Shown: in pieces, positions 23,988 to 34,351 of the stretch | How the letters are laid out: each line of letters starts with the position of its first letter | Position numbering within the stretch: the first letter of the stretch is position 1 | NCBI GenBank assembly: GCA_963744145.1 | Contig: CAVUSO010000001.1 | Coordinates: forward strand, 864,001 to 928,000 | Source of the DNA: an uncultured cyanobacterium | GTDB taxonomy: Bacteria; Cyanobacteriota; Cyanobacteriia; Cyanobacteriales; CAWUOF01 | Length of the DNA: 64,000 nucleotides | Reading direction: 5' to 3' | The notes under the pieces: generated by a model | Seen by the model: the letters and a program-made list of their open reading frames with translations, nothing else | Told to the model about the DNA's origin: nothing | Databases searched by the model: none | Position numbers and translations under genes: made by a program

Positions 23988-24893
23988 TTAGCGTTCGATC
24001 GCCAAAGTTCCTTGAGTTCCATCTAAACACGCGATCGCACCTACAGGTAAAGCTGCGTTGACACCATCGTGACCAAAAGGTAAATCCGAAACAATCGGAA
24101 TCCCTAAATCACCTAAGCGATCGCGCAATACTTCCTCAACTGTAAAACTGGGGATATTAGGTGGTGCTTCACATTTACTAAAACGACCAAGAGCAATTCC
24201 TTTGACTTGAGCAAATATTCCCATCATTCTCCATTGTGTTAACATTCGATCGAGACGATAAGGAGCTTCACCGATATCCTCAAAAGCTAGAATAACTTCA
24301 TCTAAATTTGGTGCTATAGATGTTTGTAAAAGATGAGTAGCTACAGTTAAATTCGCTGGTAACAAATAACCCTTAACTGCACCTCCACCCCATCCTTGAC
24401 CAACTAAAGGATCGATCGCTTTTCCTTCTACCCAATCAAACAATCGTTGAATTGACCAATTAGGTTCATCTGTAATTGTAGTCAGTAAAGGACCATGCAC
24501 TCCAGCAATTCCGCAACTACTCAGACTCCATAAAAGACTGGTAATATCAGAAAACCCAATTAACCACTTCGGTATCGCGATCGCTGACCAACACCAATCT
24601 TCTAATAATCTCGCACCACCATAACCACCTCTAGCACATAAAATCCCGCGACAATTTGGATCTAACCAAGCTGTTAATAACTGCGCTCTGCGATTTGCAT
24701 CTACCCCAGCTAAATAACCCCAGCGCTGATCATAACCAGCAGCAAATTCCACCTGATAACCGCGCGATCGCCAAATTTCTACACCTTGTTCTACAGCACT
24801 TATTTCGCGCAAATAACCACTCGGAGCAATCACCTTTAATAAATCTCCAGGTTGTAAAGCTGGAGGTATTTGAGCCGGACTAAATTTCACCAT
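23988..24893 (-). CDS. LD-carboxypeptidase (peptidase S66)
   Basis: ARGGYG, IGFSDIT (catalytic Ser), EDIGE and PFGHD. Confidence 0.9.
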   Translation of the reverse strand: MVKFSPAQIPPALQPGDLLKVIAPSGYLREISAVEQGVEIWRSRGYQVEFAAGYDQRWGYLAGVDANRRAQLLTAWLDPNCRGILCARGGYGGARLLEDWCWSAIAIPKWLIGFSDITSLLWSLSSCGIAGVHGPLLTTITDEPNWSIQRLFDWVEGKAIDPLVGQGWGGGAVKGYLLPANLTVATHLLQTSIAPNLDEVILAFEDIGEAPYRLDRMLTQWRMMGIFAQVKGIALGRFSKCEAPPNIPSFTVEEVLRDRLGDLGIPIVSDLPFGHDGVNAALPVGAIACLDGTQGTLAIER

Positions 24894-24931
24894 AAATCAA
24901 ACATTGGCTTTTTACTAATTACAATAACTCT

Positions 24932-25066
24932 CAATACGATTCGGTTAAGTGTAGGGGTGAAGCATTCGGGCGATAATTAAACACTGAAGTGAGTAGCATT
25001 AGACCCGAATGCTTCACCCTTCTTCTGCGTCGATATCTCCCAAAATATCCTTAAACGAACCATACT
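24932..25066. repeat. REP-like/MITE composite repeat
   Basis: CAATACGATTCGGTTAAG + GTAGGGGTGAAGCATTCGG...CCGAATGCTTCACCC + CTTAAACGAACCATACT. Confidence 0.7.
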
Positions 25067-26174
25067 ACAATAACTCTGACTCGGATTTGATGACACTAAC
25101 AGGGAGTGAAATTTCTGGAGGAGATGATTCTAATTGATTAATATTTTCCTCAGTTGGTAGTGAAGTTTGATTACTTTGACTATTGTTGGTGAGTATCTGG
25201 TTCAGTCTTTCAGCAATAACATCACGTTGATTGATGAGATAAATGCTAACTAAAGTCAGACAAACACCGATTGATTGGACTGGGCTGAGAACTTCTCCTA
25301 AAAATAAATTGCCAAACAATAAGGCAAAAACTGGGGTGAGAAAAGTCAAGGAACTGAAACTGGTCAGATTACCAGTAGAAGCAAAGTAAAAGAATAAACC
25401 ATAAGCGATCGCACTACCAAATACGGTGGAATAAGTCAAAGATAAATAGTTACCTAAATCCAAATTCACCCACTGCTCAGATTCAGTCATTCCGGAAAGC
25501 AGAAACATGGGCACCCCACCTAAAATCATGTGCCAACCTGTTGCGGTAACTGGATCAGCATAGCGACAAACAGCCCTAACTGTAACTGTCCCGATCGCCA
25601 TAGACAGTGCCGCTAACAACATCAGCCATTCGCCATTTTGCCATAATTGACTAAAGTCTAGAGTCATGGCAATCCCATTTCCTTGTAACCATCCCCAAAT
25701 CCATTCATCAGGTAAACCAATCAGACTGATTCCCAACACTCCGATCGCCAACCCTAACCAGCCCCATGGGCCAATTTTTTCCCCAAATAACCATAAACAT
25801 AATAAAGCTACTGCGATCGGTTGAGAATCAATCATCACAGAACCCAAACCTGCTCCAGTTCTAACTAATCCTTCTGCTAGAAAACCTTGGAACATAGCAC
25901 CATCAACTAGCGCAAATAGGGAAATCCACAACCATGCTTTCACACCTTGGGGTTGGGGTTTCCCCATCAGCGCACCAGCAATCACTACAATAATTCCCGC
26001 AGGTAACAACCTAATCCCTGCCATAAATAGAGGAGTGGTGTGGGGAACTACATCTTTCATCGCGACCATTGCTGTGCCCCACAAAAAAAAGGGAGCAATT
26101 AAGAGGAGCGAGCTAAAGAGAGATTTCGCTTCAGTAATTTTTGCTTGCATATCAGATTTTGTGAAAAATGTCAA
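25065..26174 (-). CDS. DMT/EamA-family transporter
   Basis: About ten hydrophobic segments in two EamA repeats (FFLWGTAMVAMK). Confidence 0.88.
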   Translation of the reverse strand: MTFFTKSDMQAKITEAKSLFSSLLLIAPFFLWGTAMVAMKDVVPHTTPLFMAGIRLLPAGIIVVIAGALMGKPQPQGVKAWLWISLFALVDGAMFQGFLAEGLVRTGAGLGSVMIDSQPIAVALLCLWLFGEKIGPWGWLGLAIGVLGISLIGLPDEWIWGWLQGNGIAMTLDFSQLWQNGEWLMLLAALSMAIGTVTVRAVCRYADPVTATGWHMILGGVPMFLLSGMTESEQWVNLDLGNYLSLTYSTVFGSAIAYGLFFYFASTGNLTSFSSLTFLTPVFALLFGNLFLGEVLSPVQSIGVCLTLVSIYLINQRDVIAERLNQILTNNSQSNQTSLPTEENINQLESSPPEISLPVSVIKSESELL

Positions 26175-26890
26175 TCTATTTGGCGATCGAATTTAAAAGC
26201 AATTAACATAATTATATACTTTTGTTAAGCAAATACTGCTATAAATCTTAGACAAGAAAGCAAAAATCAATAGGACAGGCAAGATGTCTGTCCCACCAGA
26301 GTCTTTTTTGATTGTGGGACAGATGATTAACAAATCCCAAACCTTTCTTCCCACTTCATCCCTTAATCTTAACCAAACCTTAATTTACATCTAGCAAAAA
26401 GAAGTATATGCTATGAAATCTCCAATAAAAAAGGTAACAACGATGTTTGAGAGATTCACCGAACCAATTTTTGTTAAACGACCAACTCACCTAGCAGAGT
26501 CAATACTTTGCTATTTAGTTAGTGTGATCCAGATCCTGATTTTCCATTTTTCTTACCGAAGTCCGATAAGTATCTAATCTGTCACTTCTTTAATGCGATA
26601 CATATAGTGGCAGATTAGCTAATATTACAGATTTTTTGAAAATTTATCGCCGAATAGACAAGGCTAGCGATCGCGATCGGGAATAAAAGCGATTGATGCA
26701 AGTTGAGGTATGAACCTCTTCTTTCTTGGCGTCTGAGGATGGTAATACTGTGCGATCGCACGCAGATGTGGAATGACTTGGTGATCAATAAAACTGACGA
26801 TCGCGATCGGAAATAGGCGATCGTCAGGGATGGAATGCTTGTAGCTTAGGCAAAAATGTTAACCCGATTGGAAAAAATGAGGATAAAATT

Positions 26891-28576
26891 ATGTTGACTA
26901 GAGATTTGGCTGCTGTATCTTTAAACTCTGTGAATGAACTTAATGGCAAGAGTTCTGGGATTGTTCTTGGTAATAGTCCGTTGGATATTGAACAAGTTAA
27001 TTCAGTCGCGAGAAAATCAACTTCCGTCGATTTAACTACTAATAAATATATCCGTCAGCGGGTTGAAGAGGCTCATAATTATATTCGTCGAGCAGTAGCT
27101 GCGGGTAAACCAATTTATGGCGTCACTACCAAATTTGGTGGAATGGCAAATATTGCAGTGCCTCCTGATGAATTGTCACAGCTACAAATGAATTTGGCGA
27201 TTTATCATAAAGCTGGTGCTGGGAACTATTTACCGGATGAGTGTGTACGCGCTGGGATATTAGTGCGAGTTATTTCCCATTTACAAGGTGCTTCAGGAAT
27301 TCGCTGGGATATCATTGCCAGAATGGTAGCTTTTTTAAATTCTGGAGTGACTCCTTTAGTACCTGAACTAGGTTCAATTGGAGCTTCGGGAGATTTAACT
27401 CCTTTAGCTTATGTAACCGGATGTGTAATTGGTTTAGATGAAAAGTATCTGGTCAATTTTAAAGGGACAAGAATGTCCTGTTTAGAAGCATTAAAACGCT
27501 TGGAATTACGCCCAATTACTTTGTTGCCAAAAGAAGGTTTGGCGATGATGAATGGAACTTCAATGATGACAGGAATTGCGGCTCTTTGTACTTATGATGC
27601 AAAGTCTTTATTGCGGTTATCCCTGGGCGCTCATGCGTTGATGATTCAAGGTTTAGCTGGTACTAATCAATCTTTTCATCCCTTTATTCAGCGTCTAAAA
27701 CCCCATTTTGGTCAGGTCTGGTCTGCAAGGATGATGGTGAAATTATTAGCTGGTTCTCAGTTAAGTTTAAATGAGTTGGATGGGAGTAATAAGTTTGATG
27801 GGAGTAGTTTGATTCAAGATCGTTATTCCCTGCGCTGTTTTCCTCAGTATTTAGGTCCGATCGTGGAAGGGATTGATCAGATTAATCAGGAAGTGGAAAT
27901 TGAAATAAATTCAGTCACCGATAATCCTTTAATTGATGTGAATCAAGGGACTAGTTATCACGGTGGGAATTTCTTGGGTCAGTATATTGGGATGGGGATG
28001 GATAAGTTACGTTATTTGTTAGGAATGTTAGTTAAGCATTTAGATGTGCAGATTGCTTTATTGACTGCTCCTGAGTTTAGTAATGGTTTGTCTCCTTCTT
28101 TAGTAGGTAATACTAATAATCGAGTGAATATGGGGTTGAAAGCTTTGCAAATTACCGGAAATTCGATTATGCCCATGTTGAGTTTTTACGGTAATTCCAT
28201 TGCTGATCGTTATCCCACTCATGCGGAACAATATAACCAAAATATCAATTCTCAAGGCTTTGCTTCAGCTAATTTAGCACGGAAATCAATTGAATTAGGT
28301 CAGCAATATTTGGCGATCGCGTTGATGTTTGGTGTGCAATCTGTAGATTTACGCACTTTTAAGGTTGCAGGTCATTATGATGCGCGGAAATGTTTATCGA
28401 CAAAAACAATTCCTTTGTATGAAGCAATTCGGGCAATTGTTGGTAAACCACCTTCAGCAAAACGCCCTTATATTTGGGACGATCGCGATCAGTTTTTAGA
28501 TGAACATCTTGCAGCGATCGCCGCTGATATTACTAATGGTGGTCGGATTGTTCAAACTTTGAATTTGGAGGTTTGA
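26891..28576 (+). CDS. MIO-dependent aromatic amino acid ammonia-lyase (PAL/TAL, CybB-like)
   Basis: GSIGASGDL MIO motif, IYGVTTKFG and QDRYSLRC; close to the cyanobacterial PAL architecture. Confidence 0.92.
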   Translation: MLTRDLAAVSLNSVNELNGKSSGIVLGNSPLDIEQVNSVARKSTSVDLTTNKYIRQRVEEAHNYIRRAVAAGKPIYGVTTKFGGMANIAVPPDELSQLQMNLAIYHKAGAGNYLPDECVRAGILVRVISHLQGASGIRWDIIARMVAFLNSGVTPLVPELGSIGASGDLTPLAYVTGCVIGLDEKYLVNFKGTRMSCLEALKRLELRPITLLPKEGLAMMNGTSMMTGIAALCTYDAKSLLRLSLGAHALMIQGLAGTNQSFHPFIQRLKPHFGQVWSARMMVKLLAGSQLSLNELDGSNKFDGSSLIQDRYSLRCFPQYLGPIVEGIDQINQEVEIEINSVTDNPLIDVNQGTSYHGGNFLGQYIGMGMDKLRYLLGMLVKHLDVQIALLTAPEFSNGLSPSLVGNTNNRVNMGLKALQITGNSIMPMLSFYGNSIADRYPTHAEQYNQNINSQGFASANLARKSIELGQQYLAIALMFGVQSVDLRTFKVAGHYDARKCLSTKTIPLYEAIRAIVGKPPSAKRPYIWDDRDQFLDEHLAAIAADITNGGRIVQTLNLEV

Positions 28577-28595
28577 TTCTTCTTAGCTAAAATGA

Positions 28596-28861
28596 CCTCT
28601 CCCCCAACCCCTCTCCTAAGAGGAAAGGGGAGTAAGAATGATTTCTCCCCCAACCACTCTCCTATGAGAAAAGGGGAGCAGAATTAATCATTTTAAAGCT
28701 CAATATGGTTCGGTTAATTGTAGGGGTGAAGCATTCGGGCGATCATTGAACAATTAAAAGAGTAATATTAGACCCGAATGCTTCACCCTTCTTCTGCTTA
28801 CAAGAGTTTGAAGACAAATTATTTTCAAAGTCCCCCTTTTTAAGGGGGATTTAGGGGGATC
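28596..28861. repeat. Cluster of short cyanobacterial dispersed palindromic repeats
   Basis: Two CTCCCCCAACC.CTCTCCT...GGGGAG units, the REP-like unit at 28701-28789, and CCCCCTTTTTAAGGGGGATTTAGGGGGATC. Confidence 0.65.
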
Positions 28862-28926
28862 TTATTGGCAAATTCGCGACCTATTCTCAATTTTTCTCAC
28901 TGTTAACTTTTTCTGCTGTCAAGACC

Positions 28927-30438
28927 ATGAACATTTCTCAAAACATCGAACGAGTAGCACGCATTTTTCCTCATCAAACCGCTTTACTGTTTGAAGAGCA
29001 AACCTTTACCTACGCCCAATTAAATGCCCAAGCTAATCTAGTGGCTAATAGCTTGCACTATTTAGGAATTGGTAAAGGCGATCGCGTGGCTTTATTTCTG
29101 CCGAATATTCCCGAATTTATCTTTGCTTATTATGGCATTCAAAAATTAGGAGCGATCGCAGTTTCTCTGAATGTGATGCTGAAGCGAGATGAGGTTTGGT
29201 ATATTTTGAATGATTCTGGTAGTAAGGCGATTATTACTACTTCAGATTTACGTCGTCAGGTGCCAGAGCAGGATTTAGTTGATTTGCAATGGGTGTTGTT
29301 AGTAGATGGCGAAAATAGCCAGGATTTAAGGTTATCAGAATTGATGCTTAATGCTTCGCCGATTTTCTCATCCATGGAAATGGAACCAAAAGACCCAGCC
29401 GCGATCGTTTATACTTCTGGAACTACTGGTTTTCCTAAAGGTGCGGTTCTTTCTCACGGTAATATTGTCTCGAATATGCACTCTCAGCGTCATAGTTGTG
29501 GGATAACAAAAGATGATAAGTTGTTGCTTTATTTGCCCCTATTTCACTGTTTTGGTCAGAATGCAATTCTGAATAGTGGTTTGAATGCGGGCGCAACTAT
29601 TATCTTGCAAAGACGCTTTCAACTTGACCAGGTTTTGGCAGCGATTCAAACTGAAGGTGTCACAATGTTTTTTGGCGTTCCTACGGTTTTTGCTAAACTT
29701 TTGGAAGCCAAAGCAGAAAACTGGAATTGGCGTTCCGTTCGTTATTATTTTAGTGCGGCTGCTACTTTGTCGATGGAAACTGTTCGCTGTTGGGAGCAGA
29801 AATTTGGCAGTCCGATCTATCAAGGTTATGGGTTAACGGAAGCTTCTCCTTGTGCTAGTTATAACCATGCTTGGAAGTATAAAACTGGCTCGATTGGAAT
29901 GCCGATTGATAATGTGGAAATGAAGGTGATTGATGAAGCTGATCAAGAAGTTTCCGTTGGTAAATTAGGGCAAATTATTATTCGGGGTCCGAATGTGATG
30001 TTGGAGTATTGGAATCATCCCGAAGAAACAGCCAAAGTGTTAAAGAATGGTTGGTTGCATACCGGAGATATTGGTTACATGGATGCGGATGGCGATTTCT
30101 ATTTAGTCGATCGGTTGAAAGACATGATTAATGTCTCTGGTTTTAAGGTTTATCCCAATGAAGTGGAACGGGTTTTTCATCAGCATCCTGGAGTGGCGGA
30201 GGTCGCGGTTTATGGAGTTAATGATCCGATGAAGGGAGAGGTGGTTTATGCAAATATTCGGTTAGTTCCAGGGGAATCTTTTACGGTTGATGATTTGAGG
30301 GCTTTTTGTCATGAAAAAATGGCTAATTATAAGGTGCCCCAGGTGATTAATTTGGTTCGTTCTTTGCCGAAAAATGCGACAGGAAAAGTCTTGAAAACTG
30401 TGCTTCGTCAAGAGGCGATCGCTCGGCGGAATTCCTGA
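28927..30438 (+). CDS. AMP-dependent acyl/aryl-CoA ligase (4-coumarate-CoA ligase-like, CybC-like)
   Basis: YTSGTTGFPKG, GYGLTE, TGDIG and PKNATGK. Confidence 0.9.
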   Translation: MNISQNIERVARIFPHQTALLFEEQTFTYAQLNAQANLVANSLHYLGIGKGDRVALFLPNIPEFIFAYYGIQKLGAIAVSLNVMLKRDEVWYILNDSGSKAIITTSDLRRQVPEQDLVDLQWVLLVDGENSQDLRLSELMLNASPIFSSMEMEPKDPAAIVYTSGTTGFPKGAVLSHGNIVSNMHSQRHSCGITKDDKLLLYLPLFHCFGQNAILNSGLNAGATIILQRRFQLDQVLAAIQTEGVTMFFGVPTVFAKLLEAKAENWNWRSVRYYFSAAATLSMETVRCWEQKFGSPIYQGYGLTEASPCASYNHAWKYKTGSIGMPIDNVEMKVIDEADQEVSVGKLGQIIIRGPNVMLEYWNHPEETAKVLKNGWLHTGDIGYMDADGDFYLVDRLKDMINVSGFKVYPNEVERVFHQHPGVAEVAVYGVNDPMKGEVVYANIRLVPGESFTVDDLRAFCHEKMANYKVPQVINLVRSLPKNATGKVLKTVLRQEAIARRNS

Positions 30439-30456
30439 TGATTTTGAGCTTGGAGC

Positions 30457-30488
30457 AGAAATATTTGGAAAGGTTCCAAATATTTTCT
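30457..30488 (+). terminator. Stem-loop downstream of the CoA ligase
   Basis: AAATATTTGGAA-AGG-TTCCAAATATTT inverted repeat. Confidence 0.5.
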
Positions 30489-30722
30489 ATTCTTAGTTAT
30501 CAGTCATAAATTTTGAGAGCGAAATCACCAACATTTATATCATTAAATTAAATCTTCTCAGAACATACAACTAGTTATATTCTGAGAGATTTTTTGCATT
30601 CAAATTGACTCCATTTTAATTATATAAAGCTTTGATAAAGATGCTTCTAAACCTCTTGACTCTAGTTGAATTAATAGTTACTATAAAAGTCATGAATTAG
30701 CTGAGGTTAAATTACACCACAA

Positions 30723-32636
30723 ATGAATAGACCAAATGAAAATTGTATCATCATATCAGATACTACCAAACAAGAGATAAAAGAAGTAAAAACAACCGAT
30801 GATTTGACAAAATCATTTGTTAGTGTTAAGCAGGAAGTACCACAGCAAATACCGCCCAAATATTTGCAGGAAAATCTTAAAATTAATTGTGAAAGCTCTG
30901 GGGCATTTCCTCATCTTAATCAAGAGTCATCAGCTAGTGAATCTGTGGCTGAGGTGGTGGTTAAGATGTTAGAAAAATTAGGAGTTGAGTATGCTTTCGG
31001 AGTTTCGGGGGGTGCGATCGCATCTGTTTGGGCTGCACTAGAAAATAGTTCTATTAAAGTGATTCATTTCCGGCATGAATCGGGTGCGGCTTTTGCAGCA
31101 ACAGAAGCTTATTTTGCTAGTGCTAGTCGCGTTCCTGTAGTAGTATTTAGTACAGCAGGGCCAGGAATTACTAATGCTTTAACAGGACTATTTGCAGCTC
31201 GTTGGGAAGGGGCAAAAGTCATCTTTCTCTCTCCTGCAACTTCAGCCCAACAACGAGGTCGGTTTGCTTGTCAAGAAACCAGCGCAAACACTATGCCAAA
31301 GAAAGGGTTTTTTACTAAAAAAGGAAAGAAGTTGTTTGATTATGCAACCATTTTGGAGAAATCAAACCAATTACCAGAAATAATTCAAAGTCTGGCTAAA
31401 GGGTTAGTAAAACCGGGCAGTTTTGTTGCTCACATTAGCATTCCTACAGCTATCCAATCAAGCTCGATCAAGCCTTCATTTTCAGAAGAAAAATTAGCTC
31501 ATTTGATGAATCTTCCTGACAAAAAAGTAGTCACACCTGATGAGGAAAAACTTAAGAAATGTGCTAAGAAGCTATCTAAAAAACCATTTGCGATCTGGGT
31601 TGGCTTTGAAGCAAGAGAAGCAGCAGCAGAAATTTACGAGTTAGCCCAAAAAACTGGTGCTGCTGTGATGTGTTCGCCACGCGGCAAGGGTATTTTTCCC
31701 GAAAAGCATCAGCAGTTTGTGGGAGTAACGGGCTTTGGTGGTCATGCAGAAGTATTGAGATATATACAGGAACACGAATTCCGCCCACAGTATCTTTTGG
31801 TTTTGGGGACTCAACTTGGTGAGCTTACTTCATTCTGGAGTCCTGCAATGATACCTCCAAAAGGATTCATTCACGTTGATATTGATCCAAATGTACCCGG
31901 AACTGCCTATCCTGAAGCCAAAACTCTCTCCGTAGTTTCTGATATCAAAATATTTGTCAAAGCTTTGATGGAATTGTTACCAGAGTCGTCAGCACAAGAG
32001 ACACAAGTAGTTCCTCATCCTGAATTCCAAAACCCAAAACTACATAGTTGTGACTTTATACAGCCAGAGATGTTGATGGCAGCTATTCAAAGGATCGTGG
32101 TTGAGGGTACTGACGCAATAGTAATGGCGGAAGCAGGAAACTCTTTAGCTTGGGGGAATCATTTACTGCAATTCAGCCAACCCAATCGTTATCGGGTTAG
32201 CCCTCGTTGGGGATCAATGGGTCATTTTACTACAGGTGTTGTAGGTGCAGCTTTAGCACGGCAGGGTAAAGCGGTGGCTATTGTTGGAGATGGTTCTATG
32301 TTGATGAATTCCGAGATCAGCACGGCAGTACAACATCAAATCCCTGCCGTCTGGATTGTCCTCAATGATGCTTTATATAATATGTGCCACAAGGGAATGG
32401 CTAAACTTGGATTTGAGGGCGTAAATGCAGATATTCCCAAAACAGATTTTGTGAAGATTGCTCATGCTATGGGTGCTGATGGTATCCGTGTTAAACAAGA
32501 ATCGGATCTGGAAGCAGCATTAGAGAAAGCAATGGCATCAAGTGGGCCTTTTGTAGTTGATGTCATCATCGATCCGTCGCAAATTGCACCTATTGGTGGT
32601 CGGATTAAGAGTTTAATTGCCCAAGGTTCTAAATAG
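30723..32636 (+). CDS. ThDP-dependent acyloin synthase (ScyA/CybE-like)
   Basis: FGVSGGA, RHESGAAFAA (catalytic Glu) and the GDGS...LND ThDP motif. Confidence 0.88.
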   Translation: MNRPNENCIIISDTTKQEIKEVKTTDDLTKSFVSVKQEVPQQIPPKYLQENLKINCESSGAFPHLNQESSASESVAEVVVKMLEKLGVEYAFGVSGGAIASVWAALENSSIKVIHFRHESGAAFAATEAYFASASRVPVVVFSTAGPGITNALTGLFAARWEGAKVIFLSPATSAQQRGRFACQETSANTMPKKGFFTKKGKKLFDYATILEKSNQLPEIIQSLAKGLVKPGSFVAHISIPTAIQSSSIKPSFSEEKLAHLMNLPDKKVVTPDEEKLKKCAKKLSKKPFAIWVGFEAREAAAEIYELAQKTGAAVMCSPRGKGIFPEKHQQFVGVTGFGGHAEVLRYIQEHEFRPQYLLVLGTQLGELTSFWSPAMIPPKGFIHVDIDPNVPGTAYPEAKTLSVVSDIKIFVKALMELLPESSAQETQVVPHPEFQNPKLHSCDFIQPEMLMAAIQRIVVEGTDAIVMAEAGNSLAWGNHLLQFSQPNRYRVSPRWGSMGHFTTGVVGAALARQGKAVAIVGDGSMLMNSEISTAVQHQIPAVWIVLNDALYNMCHKGMAKLGFEGVNADIPKTDFVKIAHAMGADGIRVKQESDLEAALEKAMASSGPFVVDVIIDPSQIAPIGGRIKSLIAQGSK

Positions 32637-32653
32637 TTAAAAGGAGGTTTATT

Positions 32654-32872
32654 GTGATTAAAAGTCCAGTTGGAATAAAGTCTATAGCTGTTAGTTTTCC
32701 TAACACTATACGGACAAACGATTATTTCCGGGAAAACTATCCTGAGTTGGTTGAGCAGGCCAAACAGAACGGTTTGGCAAAGGCTTTTGTATCTGTTGAA
32801 TCTGCTGATGAAGGGTTGCAAATATGGACAGAAGAAATGAAGTCTTATCTCTCCGATGTTTTCCGAGGTACT
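32654..32872 (+). pseudogene. 5' fragment of a divergent FabH-like (CybF-like) allele
   Basis: 73 codons homologous to the N-terminus of 33053-34189, broken by a duplicated ThDP-gene tail. Confidence 0.8.
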
Positions 32873-33041
32873 TATGGGTGCTGATGGTATCCGTGTTAAA
32901 CAAGAATCGGATCTGGAAGCAGCACTAGAGAAAGCAATGACATCAAGTGGACTCTTTGTAGTTGATGTCATCGTCGATCCGTCGCAAATTGCACCTATTG
33001 GTGGTCGGATTAAGAGTTTAATTGCCCAAGTTTCTAAATAA
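32873..33041 (+). pseudogene. Duplicated 3' end of the ThDP enzyme gene
   Basis: Near-identical to 32468-32636 (offset 405 bp). Confidence 0.85.
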
Positions 33042-33052
33042 GGAGGTTTATT

Positions 33053-34189
33053 GTGATTAAAAGTTCAGTTGGAATAAAGTCGATCGCTGTTAGTTTTCCT
33101 AACACTATACGGACAAACGATTATTTCCGGGAAAATTATCCTGAGTTGATTATTCAATCAGAAAAAAAAAGTGCAGCAAAAGCTTTTGCATCAAATGAAA
33201 CTATTTCTAATAATGGGGAGATTGATTTATGGACACAAGAAATGAAGCCTTATCTATCAGACCCTTTTCGTGGAACTGTTGAACGACGGGTACTTGATTC
33301 TAGTGAATCGTCACTTACGTTAGAGTATCAAGCTGCTAAAGATGCGCTCAAAGCAGCAAATCTTTTTCCTAAAGATATTGACTTGATGATAGTATCATCA
33401 ATGTTTTCTGAAAAACCATGTGTGGGTAATGCTGCTTTACTTGTCGGCAAATTGGGCTTGCGTGGTGCTGCTTGGAACCTTGATTCAATGTGTTCAGGTG
33501 CAATTGTTGCACTCCAAACTGTATCTACAATGATTAGTGCAGGGATCTACCGTAATGCCTTAGTAGTAGTTTCTTGCAGTTACTCTCGTTTTGTTGACGA
33601 AAACGATACACTCAGCTTCTTTACGGGAGATGGTGCAGCAGCTTTTGTAGTCACTTCAGTTGAAACAAATCAAGGTATTCTAAGCTCAAAAATTGTTAAT
33701 ACTGCTGAAACCTCTGGAGCTTTTTTTAACGAACTAGCAATAGACCATATGGGTCGCCCACGTATTTTTATACGGGCAGACCAGAAAGCAAGTAAGATTG
33801 TTAGCAATGTATTTGCAGAATTCTGTCTTATGTGTTGTAAAGATGCTGTTGCTGAGGCTGGTATTACTTTAGATCAGATAGACTTTTTTGTTTTCAATTC
33901 ACTTCTTCCTTGGTATACAAGTACCTGCGCTCGTGCATTGGGTATAGATTCAGAGCGTACAATTGATCTCAATTCTGTGTATGGAAACATAGGAGTGGCA
34001 TCCTCTATTGTCAATTTTTACTATGCGATGCAATTGGGCAAAATTCGTGAAAACGATTTAATTCTTATTTACGCTTTTGGTGGAACATCAAATGCCGCAG
34101 CAACAGTTATGCGTGTAGGCAATATTGCGCTCTACCCTGCTCCCGCATTATCAAAAACGCTAATCAATGCTCATCTTAGAGAAATATAA
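33053..34189 (+). CDS. 3-oxoacyl-ACP synthase III-like condensing enzyme (furanolide synthase CybF-like)
   Basis: Catalytic Cys in NLDSMCSG, GDGAAAFVV and YGNIG; FVFNS in place of the canonical FabH HQAN. Confidence 0.85.
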   Translation: MIKSSVGIKSIAVSFPNTIRTNDYFRENYPELIIQSEKKSAAKAFASNETISNNGEIDLWTQEMKPYLSDPFRGTVERRVLDSSESSLTLEYQAAKDALKAANLFPKDIDLMIVSSMFSEKPCVGNAALLVGKLGLRGAAWNLDSMCSGAIVALQTVSTMISAGIYRNALVVVSCSYSRFVDENDTLSFFTGDGAAAFVVTSVETNQGILSSKIVNTAETSGAFFNELAIDHMGRPRIFIRADQKASKIVSNVFAEFCLMCCKDAVAEAGITLDQIDFFVFNSLLPWYTSTCARALGIDSERTIDLNSVYGNIGVASSIVNFYYAMQLGKIRENDLILIYAFGGTSNAAATVMRVGNIALYPAPALSKTLINAHLREI

Positions 34190-34351
34190 AGTTCTTTTGC
34201 GGCATGGCAATTTGATACTTCATCAGCAGATTATCAAGTTAATTTTTATAGGTTTTTGTGATAGCTAAAAACCACCGCAAAAACCTATAAACTTTCAATA
34301 TTTAGCTCAATAAAGCAATAGCTTATCAATAGAAAAATAGAGAGGTTTATC

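Noticed and set aside
26891-34189. Scytonemin cluster
   Set aside because: Only a ScyA-like enzyme is present; there are no scyB/scyC or trp genes, and the gene set matches furanolide logic instead.
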